Origin: an uncultured Chloroflexia bacterium
Lineage (GTDB): Bacteria > Chloroflexota > Limnocylindria > Limnocylindrales > CSP1-4
Length of the DNA stretch: 64,000 bases
Assembly (NCBI GenBank): GCA_963828165.1
Contig: CAWHDR010000001.1
Span: forward strand, 1,536,001-1,600,000
Direction of reading: 5' to 3'
Shown here piece by piece: positions 29,473-42,277 of this stretch. The position numbers were made by a program, and so were the translations under genes. The notes beneath the pieces are model-generated. The model did no database searches. It worked only from the letters and a program-made list of their open reading frames with translations, and was not told the DNA's origin. Position 1 is the stretch's first letter; each line of letters opens with the position of its first letter.

Positions 29473-30824
29473 CAGTGCTCCGTGGTGCCCGTGAACGACC
29501 AGCTCTCGATACGGAGCGCCGGGACGACGACCCCTCCAAGGAAGCCTTTCAGCGTCTTGCGCTCGCGGGCGACCGCGACCGTGCCCGCCATCGCATCGAG
29601 ATAGCTCTGGGTGAAGCGCAGGTTCTTCACGGGCCCGAGGATACGCCCGCCTTCGACGAGGAATGTGCCATCACGAGTCATGCCCGTGACGATCGCGAGC
29701 TTGGGGTGGACCGGGTTCGTGTAGTGGAACCGCGTGACCAACAGCCCGCGATCCAGACCGCCGATCAGCTCCTCGCGCGACGCGGACCCGCCGGCCATGA
29801 CCTGGTTGAGCGGGAACGGGCCGTACGGATTGGGGGCCGGCAGGCCATGCCCCGTCGACGCCACGCCGTCACGAGCGGCGGTCTGGCCGTCGTACACGAC
29901 CCCCTGGCACACGCCGGCGTCGAGCAGCGTCACCCGTTGCTTGGCCACGCCCTCGTAGTCGAAACCCATCGGGAGCCCCGCGGGGTCGCGCCCGTCGTCG
30001 ACGACCGAGACCAGATCGCTGCCGATGCGCTTGCCGATCTCGACGAAGCTGCGCTCTTCCTGGACGGCGAGGGCCGAGAACCCGAGGTAGCCGAGCATGT
30101 CGAGCAGGTCCACGACGGCGTATTCCTCGAGGACGACGGGGTAGTCGCCGGCATCGATGGCAACCGCGTTCGCGGTCGCGCGCGCCTTGTCCGACGCTTC
30201 CCGGCCGATCGCGGCCGCGTCGATGGTCGTGGCGTCGACCGCGGCCTGCTCCGCGTACCCCGTGCCTCCATTCGGCCCCATGGAGACCGTCAGCAGCTGG
30301 GCCACGGTCCGCGTGCCCGCCGCGCGAACGCCCTTCGAATTGGCCACGGCCGTGGTCTCCGTGCCCGTCGAGAACGATCCGTAGCCGATGACCCCGGCCG
30401 CATCGGCCGCGGCGATGACGGCTCGGACGCCGTCGGCGCGCAGCTCCGGCGAGGCTTCAGCCGTGCCCGCGGCGTAGCCGGCCGGGACATCCTCGATCGG
30501 GGTTGGCTCGGGCAGTCCGCCCCAGTCCTCGAGCTCCTCCACGACCCGGGCGATCGCGGCGGCATTGGCGGCCAGCCGACGGATCCCCTCGTCGTCCGTG
30601 CGCCCCGACGAGGCCACACCCACCCGCTTCCCGACCGCGAACCGCAGGTTGATCGAGACGTTCGTCTCGGCGACGTTCTGGTGGATCTGGCTGTTCGCGA
30701 AGCGGGTCAGTGCGGCGTCCTCGGCCATGACGAGTGCCTCGCACTCGGAGGCGCCTTCGCGCTCGGCGTGGGCGAGGACGCGTTTCGCGAGGCCCAGCGC
30801 GTCGCGGGCCCGGTCGTCGTTCAT
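29472..30824 (-). CDS. tldE: TldE/PmbA family protein
   Basis: Motifs TRFANSQIHQN, FDYEGV, STGH, GLLVTRFHY, TGMTRDGTF and PVKNLRF; directly downstream of tldD. Confidence 0.9.
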   Translation of the reverse strand: MNDDRARDALGLAKRVLAHAEREGASECEALVMAEDAALTRFANSQIHQNVAETNVSINLRFAVGKRVGVASSGRTDDEGIRRLAANAAAIARVVEELEDWGGLPEPTPIEDVPAGYAAGTAEASPELRADGVRAVIAAADAAGVIGYGSFSTGTETTAVANSKGVRAAGTRTVAQLLTVSMGPNGGTGYAEQAAVDATTIDAAAIGREASDKARATANAVAIDAGDYPVVLEEYAVVDLLDMLGYLGFSALAVQEERSFVEIGKRIGSDLVSVVDDGRDPAGLPMGFDYEGVAKQRVTLLDAGVCQGVVYDGQTAARDGVASTGHGLPAPNPYGPFPLNQVMAGGSASREELIGGLDRGLLVTRFHYTNPVHPKLAIVTGMTRDGTFLVEGGRILGPVKNLRFTQSYLDAMAGTVAVARERKTLKGFLGGVVVPALRIESWSFTGTTEH

Positions 30825-30831
30825 GGACGGC

Positions 30832-32280
30832 CTACCACTTGCCGACCCCGACCTGGACATCGCGGAAGCGTGCCCCCGGAACGGCATGCCCGACGTGTCC
30901 TGTCTGGCCAGGCTCGCCCTTCCCGCAGTTGGGCGTGCCGAGCATCACGTAACTGCGCTCGTCGCCCACGGCGTCGCACGATCGCCAGAACTCGTAGGTG
31001 ATGCCGGTGTACGTCGGGTTCTTGAACAGGCGTCCCTTCTTCCCGCCCTTGATCTCGTACGCGACCTCCGTCGCGAACTGGAAGTTCAGGCGCCGGTCGT
31101 CGATGGACCACGAGCGGTTCGAGGCGAGGTACAGGCCGTCGTCGGTGTCGGCGACGATCTCGTCCAGGCTCATCCCGGGCTTGGGCAGCAGGTTGATGTT
31201 CGTCATGCGGATGAGGGGGATGCGGTTCCAGCCGTCCGCCCGCATCGCGCCTCCGCTCTGGCGCCCGATCTTCGGGGCCGTCTCGCGCGACGTGAGGTAG
31301 CCCACGAAGATGCCGTCCTGGACCAGCGGCACCGCTTGGGCGGTCACGCCCTCATCGTCCCACCCGAACGTGCCCAGGCCGCCGGGCGCCGTCGCATCCG
31401 CCACGATGTCGACCAGGTCGGAGCCGTAGCGGAACCCTTCCTCGAGCTTGTCGGTCGTCAGGAAGCTCGTCCCGGCGTAGCTCGCCTCGGTGCCGAACAC
31501 CCGATCGAGCTCCGTCGGGTGGCCGCAGCTCTCGTGGACCTGCAGGTACAGCTGACTCGGGTCCAGGACGATCGTGAACCGGCCGCTCGGGCACTGCGGG
31601 GCGGTCAGGAGCGCGACCGCCTCTTCGGCCAATGGCTGGGCGCGATCCGCGAGGCCGAGGCGGCGGATGAACTCATAGCCGGCGGCCTGCCAGCCGCCGC
31701 CCGAATCGGGGTACGACCGGCGCTGATGCTCGTCGCCGTCGACCGCGTTCGCTTCAACGGCCGACCCCACGTGGGTGATCGTCTGTTCCGTGTACGAGCC
31801 GTCGGTCGCGGCGAACGTCTTCCATTCGCGCTGGGCCGCGTACATCGACTCGGTGAAGGCGATGCCCTTGACCCGCGCGGCCGCCTCGTCGGCGGCGAGC
31901 AGGTCCCCGATCTTGCGCTCGAGCGGGACCGAGAACGGGTCCTCTTCGACCGGGGTCTCGAATCGGCCTGTGGCGGGCGGCCGATCGTCGAGGACCATGG
32001 GGTCGCGCAGTGCGGTGGCGCTGGCGCGGGCGATGCGCACGGCCTCGCCCGCGACGCGGTCCGCCTCGGGCATCGTCAGGATGTGGCTGCTGGCGAAGCC
32101 CCAGGCCCCGTCGACCAGGACACGGATCCCGAACCCTTCGCTCTCCCCGGAGGCGACGCCCTCGACCCGACCGGTCTTGATGGCGATCGATTCGTCGAGC
32201 CGGCGGACGACGCGTACGTCCGCATACCCCGCGCCCCGGGAAGTGGCCGTATCAAGGGCGCGCTGGGTCAGGTCTCGCAT
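30832..32280 (-). CDS. tldD: TldD metalloprotease
   Basis: Zinc motif HESCGH, DDEG, RMTN and the C-terminal CGKGEPGQ. Confidence 0.93.
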   Translation of the reverse strand: MRDLTQRALDTATSRGAGYADVRVVRRLDESIAIKTGRVEGVASGESEGFGIRVLVDGAWGFASSHILTMPEADRVAGEAVRIARASATALRDPMVLDDRPPATGRFETPVEEDPFSVPLERKIGDLLAADEAAARVKGIAFTESMYAAQREWKTFAATDGSYTEQTITHVGSAVEANAVDGDEHQRRSYPDSGGGWQAAGYEFIRRLGLADRAQPLAEEAVALLTAPQCPSGRFTIVLDPSQLYLQVHESCGHPTELDRVFGTEASYAGTSFLTTDKLEEGFRYGSDLVDIVADATAPGGLGTFGWDDEGVTAQAVPLVQDGIFVGYLTSRETAPKIGRQSGGAMRADGWNRIPLIRMTNINLLPKPGMSLDEIVADTDDGLYLASNRSWSIDDRRLNFQFATEVAYEIKGGKKGRLFKNPTYTGITYEFWRSCDAVGDERSYVMLGTPNCGKGEPGQTGHVGHAVPGARFRDVQVGVGKW

Positions 32281-32336
32281 GCGGCGGCCAATCTAGCAGA
32301 GGGTTTGACGAGCGACAGTCGGGCGAATGACCTATT

Positions 32337-34805
<2,469 letters not shown>

Positions 34806-34809
<4 letters not shown>

Positions 34810-35447
34810 GCGAGTCCACTGATCCGCTCCGGCTGCGCGTGGCGTCGGTCACCGACGATGCGGATCGCGCTGTCCTGGTTCGAATCGCAAACGGAGAGCT
34901 CGGAGCCCTTGATGACCTGTACGAGCGTTACAAGACGATGGCCTTTTCGATCGCCTACCGCATCACGAACGATCCGACCCTCGCCGAGGATGTCGTCCAG
35001 GAGGCGTTCCTGGGCGCGTGGCGGAATGCCGCCCGCTACATCGAGGGCCGCGGCAGCGTGAAGACCTGGCTGCTGTCGATCGTCCATCACCGTGCGATCG
35101 ACGCCGTGCGACGGCGACGGCCGACGTCCGAGCTTCCCGAACGCGAGGACGTGCCGCCGGCCGCACTGCGGCTCCCGGACGTGTGGGCGGAGGTCTCCTC
35201 GCGTCTGGATGTCGAGATCGTCCGCGAGGCGCTGGCCGTGCTGTCCGATGTCCAGCGCGAGGCCATCGAGCTCGCCTACTTCGGCGGGTTGACCCAGGTC
35301 GAGGTCGCCGAGCGGACCGCAACGCCTCTCGGGACCGTGAAGAGCCGGATGCGTCTCGGACTGCTCGCGATGCGCCAGCGCCTGCTCGCGGCGGAGGGAC
35401 CCACAGCGTCCGGGACCGGGGCCGATTTGGGGGCCGAACCACGATGA
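34806..35447 (+). CDS. ECF RNA polymerase sigma factor (SigK-like)
   Basis: Region 2 AEDVVQEAFL..W...WLLSIVHHRAID and region 4 LAYFGGLTQVEVA...PLGTVKSRMR. Confidence 0.92.
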
Positions 35448-36325
35448 CCGACATGACCCGGCCGACCCGTCCCGATCTGAGTTGCGACGAGGTGCGCGAG
35501 CTCGCCGCCTCGTTCGTGCTGGGCGCGCTCGATGCCGACGAGGCCGATGCCGTGCGGGCGCACCTGGCGTCGTGCGCCGATCCGCACGTCGAGATGGCCG
35601 AGCTGGGATCGGTCCTCCCGGTCCTCGCGGGGAGCGTCCCGATCGTCGAGCCTCCGGCGGCCCTGAAGGGGCGGATCCTGGCGGCTGCGGCCGCCGAGCT
35701 CGAGACCCGCGGGGCCGGGGCTGCCGAGCCACCCCGGTCGCAGGTCCCGCCAGGCGCGCCGGTCGTGCCAGATGCCCCACCGAGCCCCACGCCGACCCCG
35801 TTCCCGACCGCAGACGAGCGTCAGCGACGGGCCGCCAGCCGATCCGGCATGGCGACCTGGACGATGCGGATCGCGGCCGTGCTGGCGATCGCCCTGCTCG
35901 GCGGCTGGGGCTTGCTGCTCCAGAGCCAGCTCGAGGGCGCGCGACGCTACGAACAGAGCGTCGCGGGCGTGCTCGACGTCGCCGGTCAGCCGGGCTCCCT
36001 GACGGCGGTCCTCACCCCCGACGGCGGCGATGGGCCGGCGGGACTCGCCGCGATCGCGAGCGATGGGACGGTCCGAATCGCGATGCGCGACCTCCCGGCG
36101 ACCAGCGGCAATCAGGTCTACGAGGCGTGGGTGATCGGCAGCGATGGGGTCCCGAAGCCCCTCGGCGGCTTCGCGGTCGGTGAGACCGGGACTGCCTACT
36201 TCGAGGGTGGTGGGCTGCCGACCGAGGAAGGGGTCGTGCTGGCGCTCACGCTGGAACCGGGTCCGGGCGCCACGGCACCGTCGTCGACGCCGGTCTCACT
36301 CGGTACGGCGGTCGCCGCCGGCTAG
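35444..36325 (+). CDS. RskA-type anti-sigma factor with zinc-finger (zf-HC2-like) N-terminus
   Basis: CDEVRELAASFVLGALD...HLASCADPH, one TM helix, YEAWVI and LALTLEPGPG; ATGA overlap with the sigma gene. Confidence 0.88.
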   Translation: MTDMTRPTRPDLSCDEVRELAASFVLGALDADEADAVRAHLASCADPHVEMAELGSVLPVLAGSVPIVEPPAALKGRILAAAAAELETRGAGAAEPPRSQVPPGAPVVPDAPPSPTPTPFPTADERQRRAASRSGMATWTMRIAAVLAIALLGGWGLLLQSQLEGARRYEQSVAGVLDVAGQPGSLTAVLTPDGGDGPAGLAAIASDGTVRIAMRDLPATSGNQVYEAWVIGSDGVPKPLGGFAVGETGTAYFEGGGLPTEEGVVLALTLEPGPGATAPSSTPVSLGTAVAAG

Positions 36326-37357
36326 GTTCCCGCGCCCTGGGTTCCCGCGACCGGCTCCGGCGTGTCCGCGACCGATCCGGCACCCTCGGCCCTGGCCCGC
36401 GTCAATGCGGCCGTTGCGGCTGCGATCAGCGCCTCCGAATCCGTGCCGTCTGCGGGGAAGCGCGCGACACCCGCCGACACCGACACGGTCCGCCCGGCGA
36501 CCGCGGGGAGCGCCGCGATGCCATCGAGAACGCGGCGGGCGACCATCGCGCCGGCCGAGCCTGGCGCGACCAGGACGAACTCGTCACCGCCGATCCGCCC
36601 GACCGTGTCGACGAGGCGAACCGATTCGGCCAGGACCGCCGCGACCTGGCGCAGCACCTCGTCGCCGGCCACGTGCCCGCCTTGCTCGTTGGTGGCCCGG
36701 AAGTCGTCGACATCGAACATCGCGAGGGATAGCTCGCTGCCCTGACGCCCCGCCCGAGCCAGCTCGAGCTCGAGGATCCGTGACGACCGTCCGCTCGTTG
36801 GCGAGCCCGGTGAGCGGGTCGGTGTGGGCCATCCGCTCGAACCATTCGGATCGCTCGGACGCGGTGGACGCGAGGCGCGCCCGGTCCACGGCCAGCGCCG
36901 CGAGCGACGCGAGCGCGGTCAGGGCCTCCCGGTCCTCGTCCGAGAGCGGGTGGGGCGCGGGCCAGACCATCCCGACCGATCCGAGCACGGCCTCCACGCC
37001 GCCGCTCGCAACGACCAGTGGCAGGTACGCGCCCACGAACGAGCCGCCCGACGCCGCCGTGGCCTCTCGATCGAAGACTGCTGCCCGCCCGGTCGCCGCT
37101 TCGGAGAACGGGTGGTCCGGGTCCTGGGCGTCGGCGATGAGGGGGCTGCCTTCCTCGATGCCGTGCGAGGCCGCAAGCGCCAGGCCGGGCCGATCCGGAT
37201 CGGACAGGAAGATCGCTGCGGCCGCCGGCGAGAACGCCGCCACGCCGGCGGCAAGGATCGCCTCGAGCGCGGCGTCGCTGTCATCGCTTGCCGCTGCGGC
37301 GGCGATCGCAGCCGGCAGGTGGGTGCGTGGATCGCGGGACGGACCGTTGACGGGCAC
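36322..37357 (-). CDS. GAF + GGDEF diguanylate cyclase; +1 frameshift near 36781
   Basis: GAF region, AHTDPLTGLAN, DVDDF...GH..GDEVL, RxxD I-site (RLVD) and RIGGDEF. GTG start follows AGGAG. Confidence 0.85.
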
Positions 37358-37466
37358 GGGGCGGACTCCTGCGAACGGAACGGACTTCGGAGCGCGCATC
37401 GTACACCGCCCGAATCGGAGCGGAATCGCGTTGACCCCGTCTCGACCGGCACCGATACTCCCCCGG

Positions 37467-37796
37467 ATGAAGCTCGTCGTCGCCATCGTCCACAACGAGG
37501 ATGCCGGGGCGCTCGTCGACGCCCTGCTCGAAAAGGAATTCCGGGCCACGCGTCTGCACAGCTCGGGCGGCTTCCTGAAGCAGTCGAACGCGACCATCCT
37601 GCTGGGTGTCGAGGACGCCGAGGTGGACGAGGTCATGGGCATCGTGCGCGAGCGCTGCACCTCGCGGACCCAGGTCGTCAACCCGATGCCCCCGATCATG
37701 GAGCCGGGCGAGTTCTTCATGCCCTACCCGCTCGAGGTCGAAGTCGGCGGGGCGACGGTCTTCGTCGTCCCGGTCGAGCGGTTCGAGCGGCTGTAG
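37467..37796 (+). CDS. darA: Cyclic di-AMP receptor, PII-like DarA/PstA (YaaQ)
   Basis: MKLVVAIV..EDA, ATRL.SSGGFL...N.T and EVEVGGATVFV. Confidence 0.9.
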   Translation: MKLVVAIVHNEDAGALVDALLEKEFRATRLHSSGGFLKQSNATILLGVEDAEVDEVMGIVRERCTSRTQVVNPMPPIMEPGEFFMPYPLEVEVGGATVFVVPVERFERL

Positions 37797-37802
37797 TCCG
37801 CG

Positions 37803-38225
37803 GTGGCCTGGACGCCGCCGGCCGTCGGCCAGCGTGGGACGTGGACCAGGACGTTCACGGCCGAGGACGTCGACCGCTACGCCCTGATCACCGGCGACCG
37901 TAACCCGCTCCATTTCGATCCTGATTTCGCCGCCCGCACGCGGGCAGGCCGGCTCATCGTCCATGGCGGGCTCACGACCGGTCTGTTCAACGCACTCGTT
38001 GCCGAAGTACTGCCGGGGCCCGGCAGCGTGTTCCTGCACCAGGAGTGGGACTACCCGGCACCCGTCTACATCGGCGACACCGTGATCGCCGAGGCCGAGG
38101 TGATCGAAGCCCGCCCGGACAAGCCCATCACCACGCTGCGCTGTGTCGCGCGCCGAGACGATGGCACCGAGGTCCTCCGGGGGACGTGCGTCGTCTACAC
38201 CCACCGACCGACCGACTCGAGGTGA
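37803..38225 (+). CDS. MaoC family (hotdog-fold) dehydratase
   Basis: Motifs TGDRNPLHFD, IVHG, LPGPG and PVYIGD. Confidence 0.9.
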   Translation: MAWTPPAVGQRGTWTRTFTAEDVDRYALITGDRNPLHFDPDFAARTRAGRLIVHGGLTTGLFNALVAEVLPGPGSVFLHQEWDYPAPVYIGDTVIAEAEVIEARPDKPITTLRCVARRDDGTEVLRGTCVVYTHRPTDSR

Positions 38226-39463
38226 GTCGGGCGCTCGAGAACGAGCCGGCCGCTCGCTGGCCGCAGCTGACGATCCTCGGGTTCGGGATGGTCCTGGCGA
38301 TGTCCCCATCGTTCGCGGCCGCGGCGGTCGCCCCGATCCTCCGCGAGGAGTGGACCGTCGGGACCCTGGAGCTGCCGTTTCTGACCGTCGTGGTGCAGCT
38401 CGGTTTCGCCGTCGGCGCACTGGGCTTGGCCGTGATCGGCGCGCCTGATGTCATCTCCGGACCGAAGCTCTTCGCTGCGGGAGCACTCGTGGCGGCCGTG
38501 GCCAACCTTGGGTTCGGGCTCTTCGCGAACGACCCGGCCTCGGCCGTCCCGTTCCGTTTCCTGACGGGCATGGCCCTTGCCGCGGTCTATCCCGTCGCGA
38601 TGAAACTGGCTGCCGGATGGTTCCGGCGCGACCGAGGACTGGCCATCGGCGTGGTCAACGGCGCCCTGACCGTCGGGGTCGCGCTGCCCTTCCTCTTCCG
38701 GGCGATCGGCGCGTACGCGGGCGTCGACTGGCGCCCGGTGGTCGTTGCGGCCAGCGTCGCTGCCGTGGCCGGGGCGCTGCTCGTCGGGTTCGCCGCGCGG
38801 AGCGGGCCGCTGGAGGTCGCGGCCCCGCGCTTCTCGCCGGCCATCGCCGCCGCCGCGTTCCGTGAGCCGTCGGTTCGTCTCGCGTCGATCGGCTATTTCG
38901 GGCACATGTGGGAACTCTTCGCGATGTGGACGTGGATCCCGATCTTCCTGATCGCGAGCTTCGCCGTCGCCGGCGTGGATGACCCGGCTCTCGCTTCCCT
39001 GACGGCGTTCGGCGTCGTCGCCGCGGGTGGTGTCGGATCCGCCGTCGCTGGGGCGATCGCGGATCGTGTGGGGCGCACGACGACGACGATCGCGGCTCTG
39101 GCGATCTCCGGGACGTCCGCGGTGATCGCCGGGATCCTGTTCGGCGCGCCCGTGCCGATCATCGTCTTGGTGGCGATCGTGTGGGGCGTGTCCGTCGTCG
39201 CCGACTCGGCGCAATTCTCGTCTGCGGTCTCGGAGCTGGCTCCGCCGGGGACGGCAGGGTCCGCCCTCTCGGTCCAGACCGCCGTCGGCTTCACCTTGAC
39301 GAGCGTCACGATCCTCGGCGTCGGGCTGCTGGACCCGACCGGGGCGGATGGCTGGCGCCTCGCGTGGATCATCCTCGCCCTTGGCCCGGTCGTGGGGATC
39401 GTCGCGATGGTCCGCCTGCGTCATCGACCCGACGCCACCAAGATGGCCAACGGCCACCGATGA
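38222..39463 (+). CDS. MFS transporter
   Basis: About 12 TM segments; GYFGHMWEL, GAIADRVGR and ADSAQFS. Confidence 0.9.
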   Translation: MSRALENEPAARWPQLTILGFGMVLAMSPSFAAAAVAPILREEWTVGTLELPFLTVVVQLGFAVGALGLAVIGAPDVISGPKLFAAGALVAAVANLGFGLFANDPASAVPFRFLTGMALAAVYPVAMKLAAGWFRRDRGLAIGVVNGALTVGVALPFLFRAIGAYAGVDWRPVVVAASVAAVAGALLVGFAARSGPLEVAAPRFSPAIAAAAFREPSVRLASIGYFGHMWELFAMWTWIPIFLIASFAVAGVDDPALASLTAFGVVAAGGVGSAVAGAIADRVGRTTTTIAALAISGTSAVIAGILFGAPVPIIVLVAIVWGVSVVADSAQFSSAVSELAPPGTAGSALSVQTAVGFTLTSVTILGVGLLDPTGADGWRLAWIILALGPVVGIVAMVRLRHRPDATKMANGHR

Positions 39464-39556
39464 CGGCCTGCGTCGGGGCGCTGGAGCATGGCGCCCCGGA
39501 CATCGCCGGTGCCACGACCTGATGCACCTCGACCAGCTGCACCCCATCATGGCCGA

Positions 39557-40063
39557 GTGAGCCCGTTCCGCCCTGACCTCGTCGACTGCTGGATGTTCCG
39601 GGTGGGCCGGACGGCACGAGGGGTCGCTCGTCCCGAGATCCTCCTGCTGCGCCGCTCCGCCGGCCGGATCCTGCCGGGGCTGTGGCAATGCGTGTCCGGT
39701 TCGCTCGAGCCCGACGAGCGCATCGCCGCGGGCGCGCTGCGCGAGCTGGCGGAAGAGACGGGGTTCGGCGTCACCGACATCGAGGCGTTCTACGACCTCG
39801 ACCTCGTGAACCAGTTCCACGAGCCGTCCATGGACGGAGTCGTGACGGCGGCCGTCTTCGCGGTCTGGCTTCGACCCGACTCGGAACCCAGCCTGTCTCA
39901 CGAACACGACGACGCCCGCTGGATGCCGGTCGAGGAGGCCCACCGCAACGTCATCTGGCCGGGCTACCGGACCGCTATCGAACGCATTCGCGACGACCTC
40001 TCCGACCCGGAGCGCGCTCCATGGTTCGAGCTCACCATGGCCGGCGACCGACACCCGCGCTGA
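39557..40063 (+). CDS. NUDIX hydrolase (NudB-like)
   Basis: Nudix box GSLEPDE...ALRELAEETG, plus LLLRRS, WQ and EH..ARW. Confidence 0.88.
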   Translation: MSPFRPDLVDCWMFRVGRTARGVARPEILLLRRSAGRILPGLWQCVSGSLEPDERIAAGALRELAEETGFGVTDIEAFYDLDLVNQFHEPSMDGVVTAAVFAVWLRPDSEPSLSHEHDDARWMPVEEAHRNVIWPGYRTAIERIRDDLSDPERAPWFELTMAGDRHPR

Positions 40064-40105
40064 CCGCAGGCGGGATCGAGCGTCCGGCGTCCTTCGTGGC
40101 GTCGC

Positions 40106-40114
40106 TGGTAGACT
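40106..40114 (+). promoter_or_regulatory. Extended -10 element TGgTAGACT upstream of guaB3
   Basis: The same TGGTAGACT occurs upstream of mreB at 59011; SD GGAGG precedes the GTG at 40160. Confidence 0.5.
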
Positions 40115-40159
40115 CGGGTTCGAGAGGCAGCCCACCGTGAGGCGGCACAGGAGGGCCAC

Positions 40160-41347
40160 GTGATCGACCGAACCGAGTTACCCGAGGCCACCTCCGCGGC
40201 CAGCCGGCGCGTCTTCCACTCCAAGGTCGACACGATCCGGCCCACCTATGGCTTCGAGGACGTCTCGCTGGCGCCCGGAACGGACACGGTCGAGCCGTCG
40301 GACGTCGACCTCACGCAGACGTTCTGCGGCATCCGGCTGGAGATCCCGATCCTGGCCTCCGCGATGGACGCCGTCGTCGATGTCCGGATGGCCGGCGAGC
40401 TCGCACGTCTCGGCGGTCTCGCGGTCCTCAACCTCGAAGGCGTCCAGACCCGCTACGACGACCCCGACGCCGTCCTGGAGCGGATCGCCACCGCGCCCGA
40501 CGGCAACGTCCAGGAGCTCCTCGCCGAGGTCTACCTGCAGCCGATCCGGGAGGACCTGATCGCAGCCCGGCTCGAGGCCATCCACGCCGGAGGCTCCAAG
40601 GCCGCCGTCGCCGCCACCCCCGCGGCTGCGCGAAGGTTCGGTCCGTTCTGCGCCGAGCATGGTGCCGACCTGTTCCTCGTCCAGAGCCAGGTGTCCTCCG
40701 CCCGGCACCTTGCGACGGATTACGACCCGCTTTCTCTCGGCGAGTTCACGCGCTACATGCCGATCCCCGTCGCAGTCGGCAACACGACCAACGCCGAGGC
40801 AGCCTTCGCGCTGATGGAGCAAGGGGCGGCGGCGGTCTTCGTCGGAGTCGGGCCGGGCGCCGCCTGCACGACGCGCGAGGTCCTCGGCATCGGGGTCCCG
40901 CAGGTCACCGCGATCAGCGACGTCGCCGCGGCTCGCGACGCCTACCACGCCGAGACCGGGCGCTACGTGCCGGTCGTCGCGGACGGCGGGATGCGCCGCG
41001 GCGGCGAGTTGGCGAAGGCCGTGGCCGCGGGCGCCGACGCGCTGATGATCGGCTCGCCACTGGCCAAGGCGGATGAGGCTCCCGGTCGGGGCACGAACTG
41101 GGGGATGGCCGCACCCTCGCCGACGCTCCCGCGTGGCACGCGCATCAAGGTCGGCACGACCGCGAGCCTGGAGCGCATCCTGCTCGGCCCGGCGCACGTG
41201 ACCGACGGCAGCGAGAACCTCGTCGGAGCGCTCCGCCAGTCCATGGCGGCGCTTGGCGCCCGCACGATCCGCGAGATGCAGGCGGTCGAGATGGTGTACG
41301 CGCCGTCGACCCAGACCGAAGGCAAATCCTGGCAGCGCGCCCGCTGA
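40160..41347 (+). CDS. guaB3: IMP dehydrogenase family protein, GuaB3 type (no CBS domains)
   Basis: Motifs [43 protein letters not shown] and LPRGTRI. Confidence 0.9.
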   Translation: MIDRTELPEATSAASRRVFHSKVDTIRPTYGFEDVSLAPGTDTVEPSDVDLTQTFCGIRLEIPILASAMDAVVDVRMAGELARLGGLAVLNLEGVQTRYDDPDAVLERIATAPDGNVQELLAEVYLQPIREDLIAARLEAIHAGGSKAAVAATPAAARRFGPFCAEHGADLFLVQSQVSSARHLATDYDPLSLGEFTRYMPIPVAVGNTTNAEAAFALMEQGAAAVFVGVGPGAACTTREVLGIGVPQVTAISDVAAARDAYHAETGRYVPVVADGGMRRGGELAKAVAAGADALMIGSPLAKADEAPGRGTNWGMAAPSPTLPRGTRIKVGTTASLERILLGPAHVTDGSENLVGALRQSMAALGARTIREMQAVEMVYAPSTQTEGKSWQRAR

Positions 41348-41385
41348 GCGGGCCGGAGCACACCACGACCGACATCGGCAAGACC

Positions 41386-41721
41386 ATGGCCGGACACGGG
41401 AAGGTCGTCTGGCTGACGACCCGGGGCCGCAGGACGGGTCGACCCCGCTCGGTCGCGATCGGGTTCGCGGACGAGCCGGATGGTTCGGTGCTGGTGGCGG
41501 CCAACGACGACAGCACGGCCTGGGCCCGGAACTTGCTGGAGCAGCCAACCTGTCGAGTCGACATCGGCGGACGGCACTTCAACGCCATCGCGGAGCCGCT
41601 CGAAGGCGCCGACCACAACCGGGCCATCGCGGCCCTGATCCTGCGTTACGGGACGCCGGCCGAGAAGCTCGGGCATGGGCCGTCGTTCCGTCTCCGACCG
41701 GTACCCGACGAGCCGAACTGA
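41386..41721 (+). CDS. Deazaflavin (F420)-dependent nitroreductase-like (DDN) protein
   Basis: Motifs LTTRGRRTGRPR and WARNL..P. Confidence 0.75.
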   Translation: MAGHGKVVWLTTRGRRTGRPRSVAIGFADEPDGSVLVAANDDSTAWARNLLEQPTCRVDIGGRHFNAIAEPLEGADHNRAIAALILRYGTPAEKLGHGPSFRLRPVPDEPN

Positions 41722-42177
41722 TGGCGATCGCCGTCACGATCGAGACGACGATCATGCGGCCGCCAGCGGAGGTGTTCGCGCGCATCGCCGACATCGATGC
41801 CTGGCCGTCGTGGCTCATCGCCAGCGGCATCGTCCGCGTCGACCGCGCGTCCGACTGGCGCGCTCATCGAAGGGGAGCGTCTGACGGTCGAGCAGCGCGC
41901 CGCGGGACGCGCCGGGACGTTCGAGGCGAGGGTTACCGCGCTCCAGCCACCGACCCGCTTCGCGCTCAACGGCAAGGACGGCGACGGCGTGAGCATCGAC
42001 ATCGATGCGGCCCTCGGGCCCGAAAGTGATGGCACGCGCCTGCGCTGGTCGATCCGCATCGGCCTGCCCTTGCGCTACCGGATGTTCGAGTCGATGGCGC
42101 GGCCCCAGGTCGAGCGTGCTGCCGCGCTCGATGTCGAGGCGCTCAAGCGACGCCTGGAGTCGACATCCACGGACTGA
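41721..42177 (+). CDS. SRPBCC/polyketide-cyclase-like protein; +1 frameshift near 41856
   Basis: IETTIMRPPAEVFARIADIDAWPSW...PPTRF...GTRLRW and a C-terminal helix ending LKRRLE. Confidence 0.78.
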
Positions 42178-42277
42178 CATCTGTCCATGCCGGTTGACGG
42201 CTGCGGTCGATGCCGCCGCGGGGGAGTGGCGCCCATCCTCCGCGTGACGACCCGAAGTCACCAGGAGCCTGACCGAG

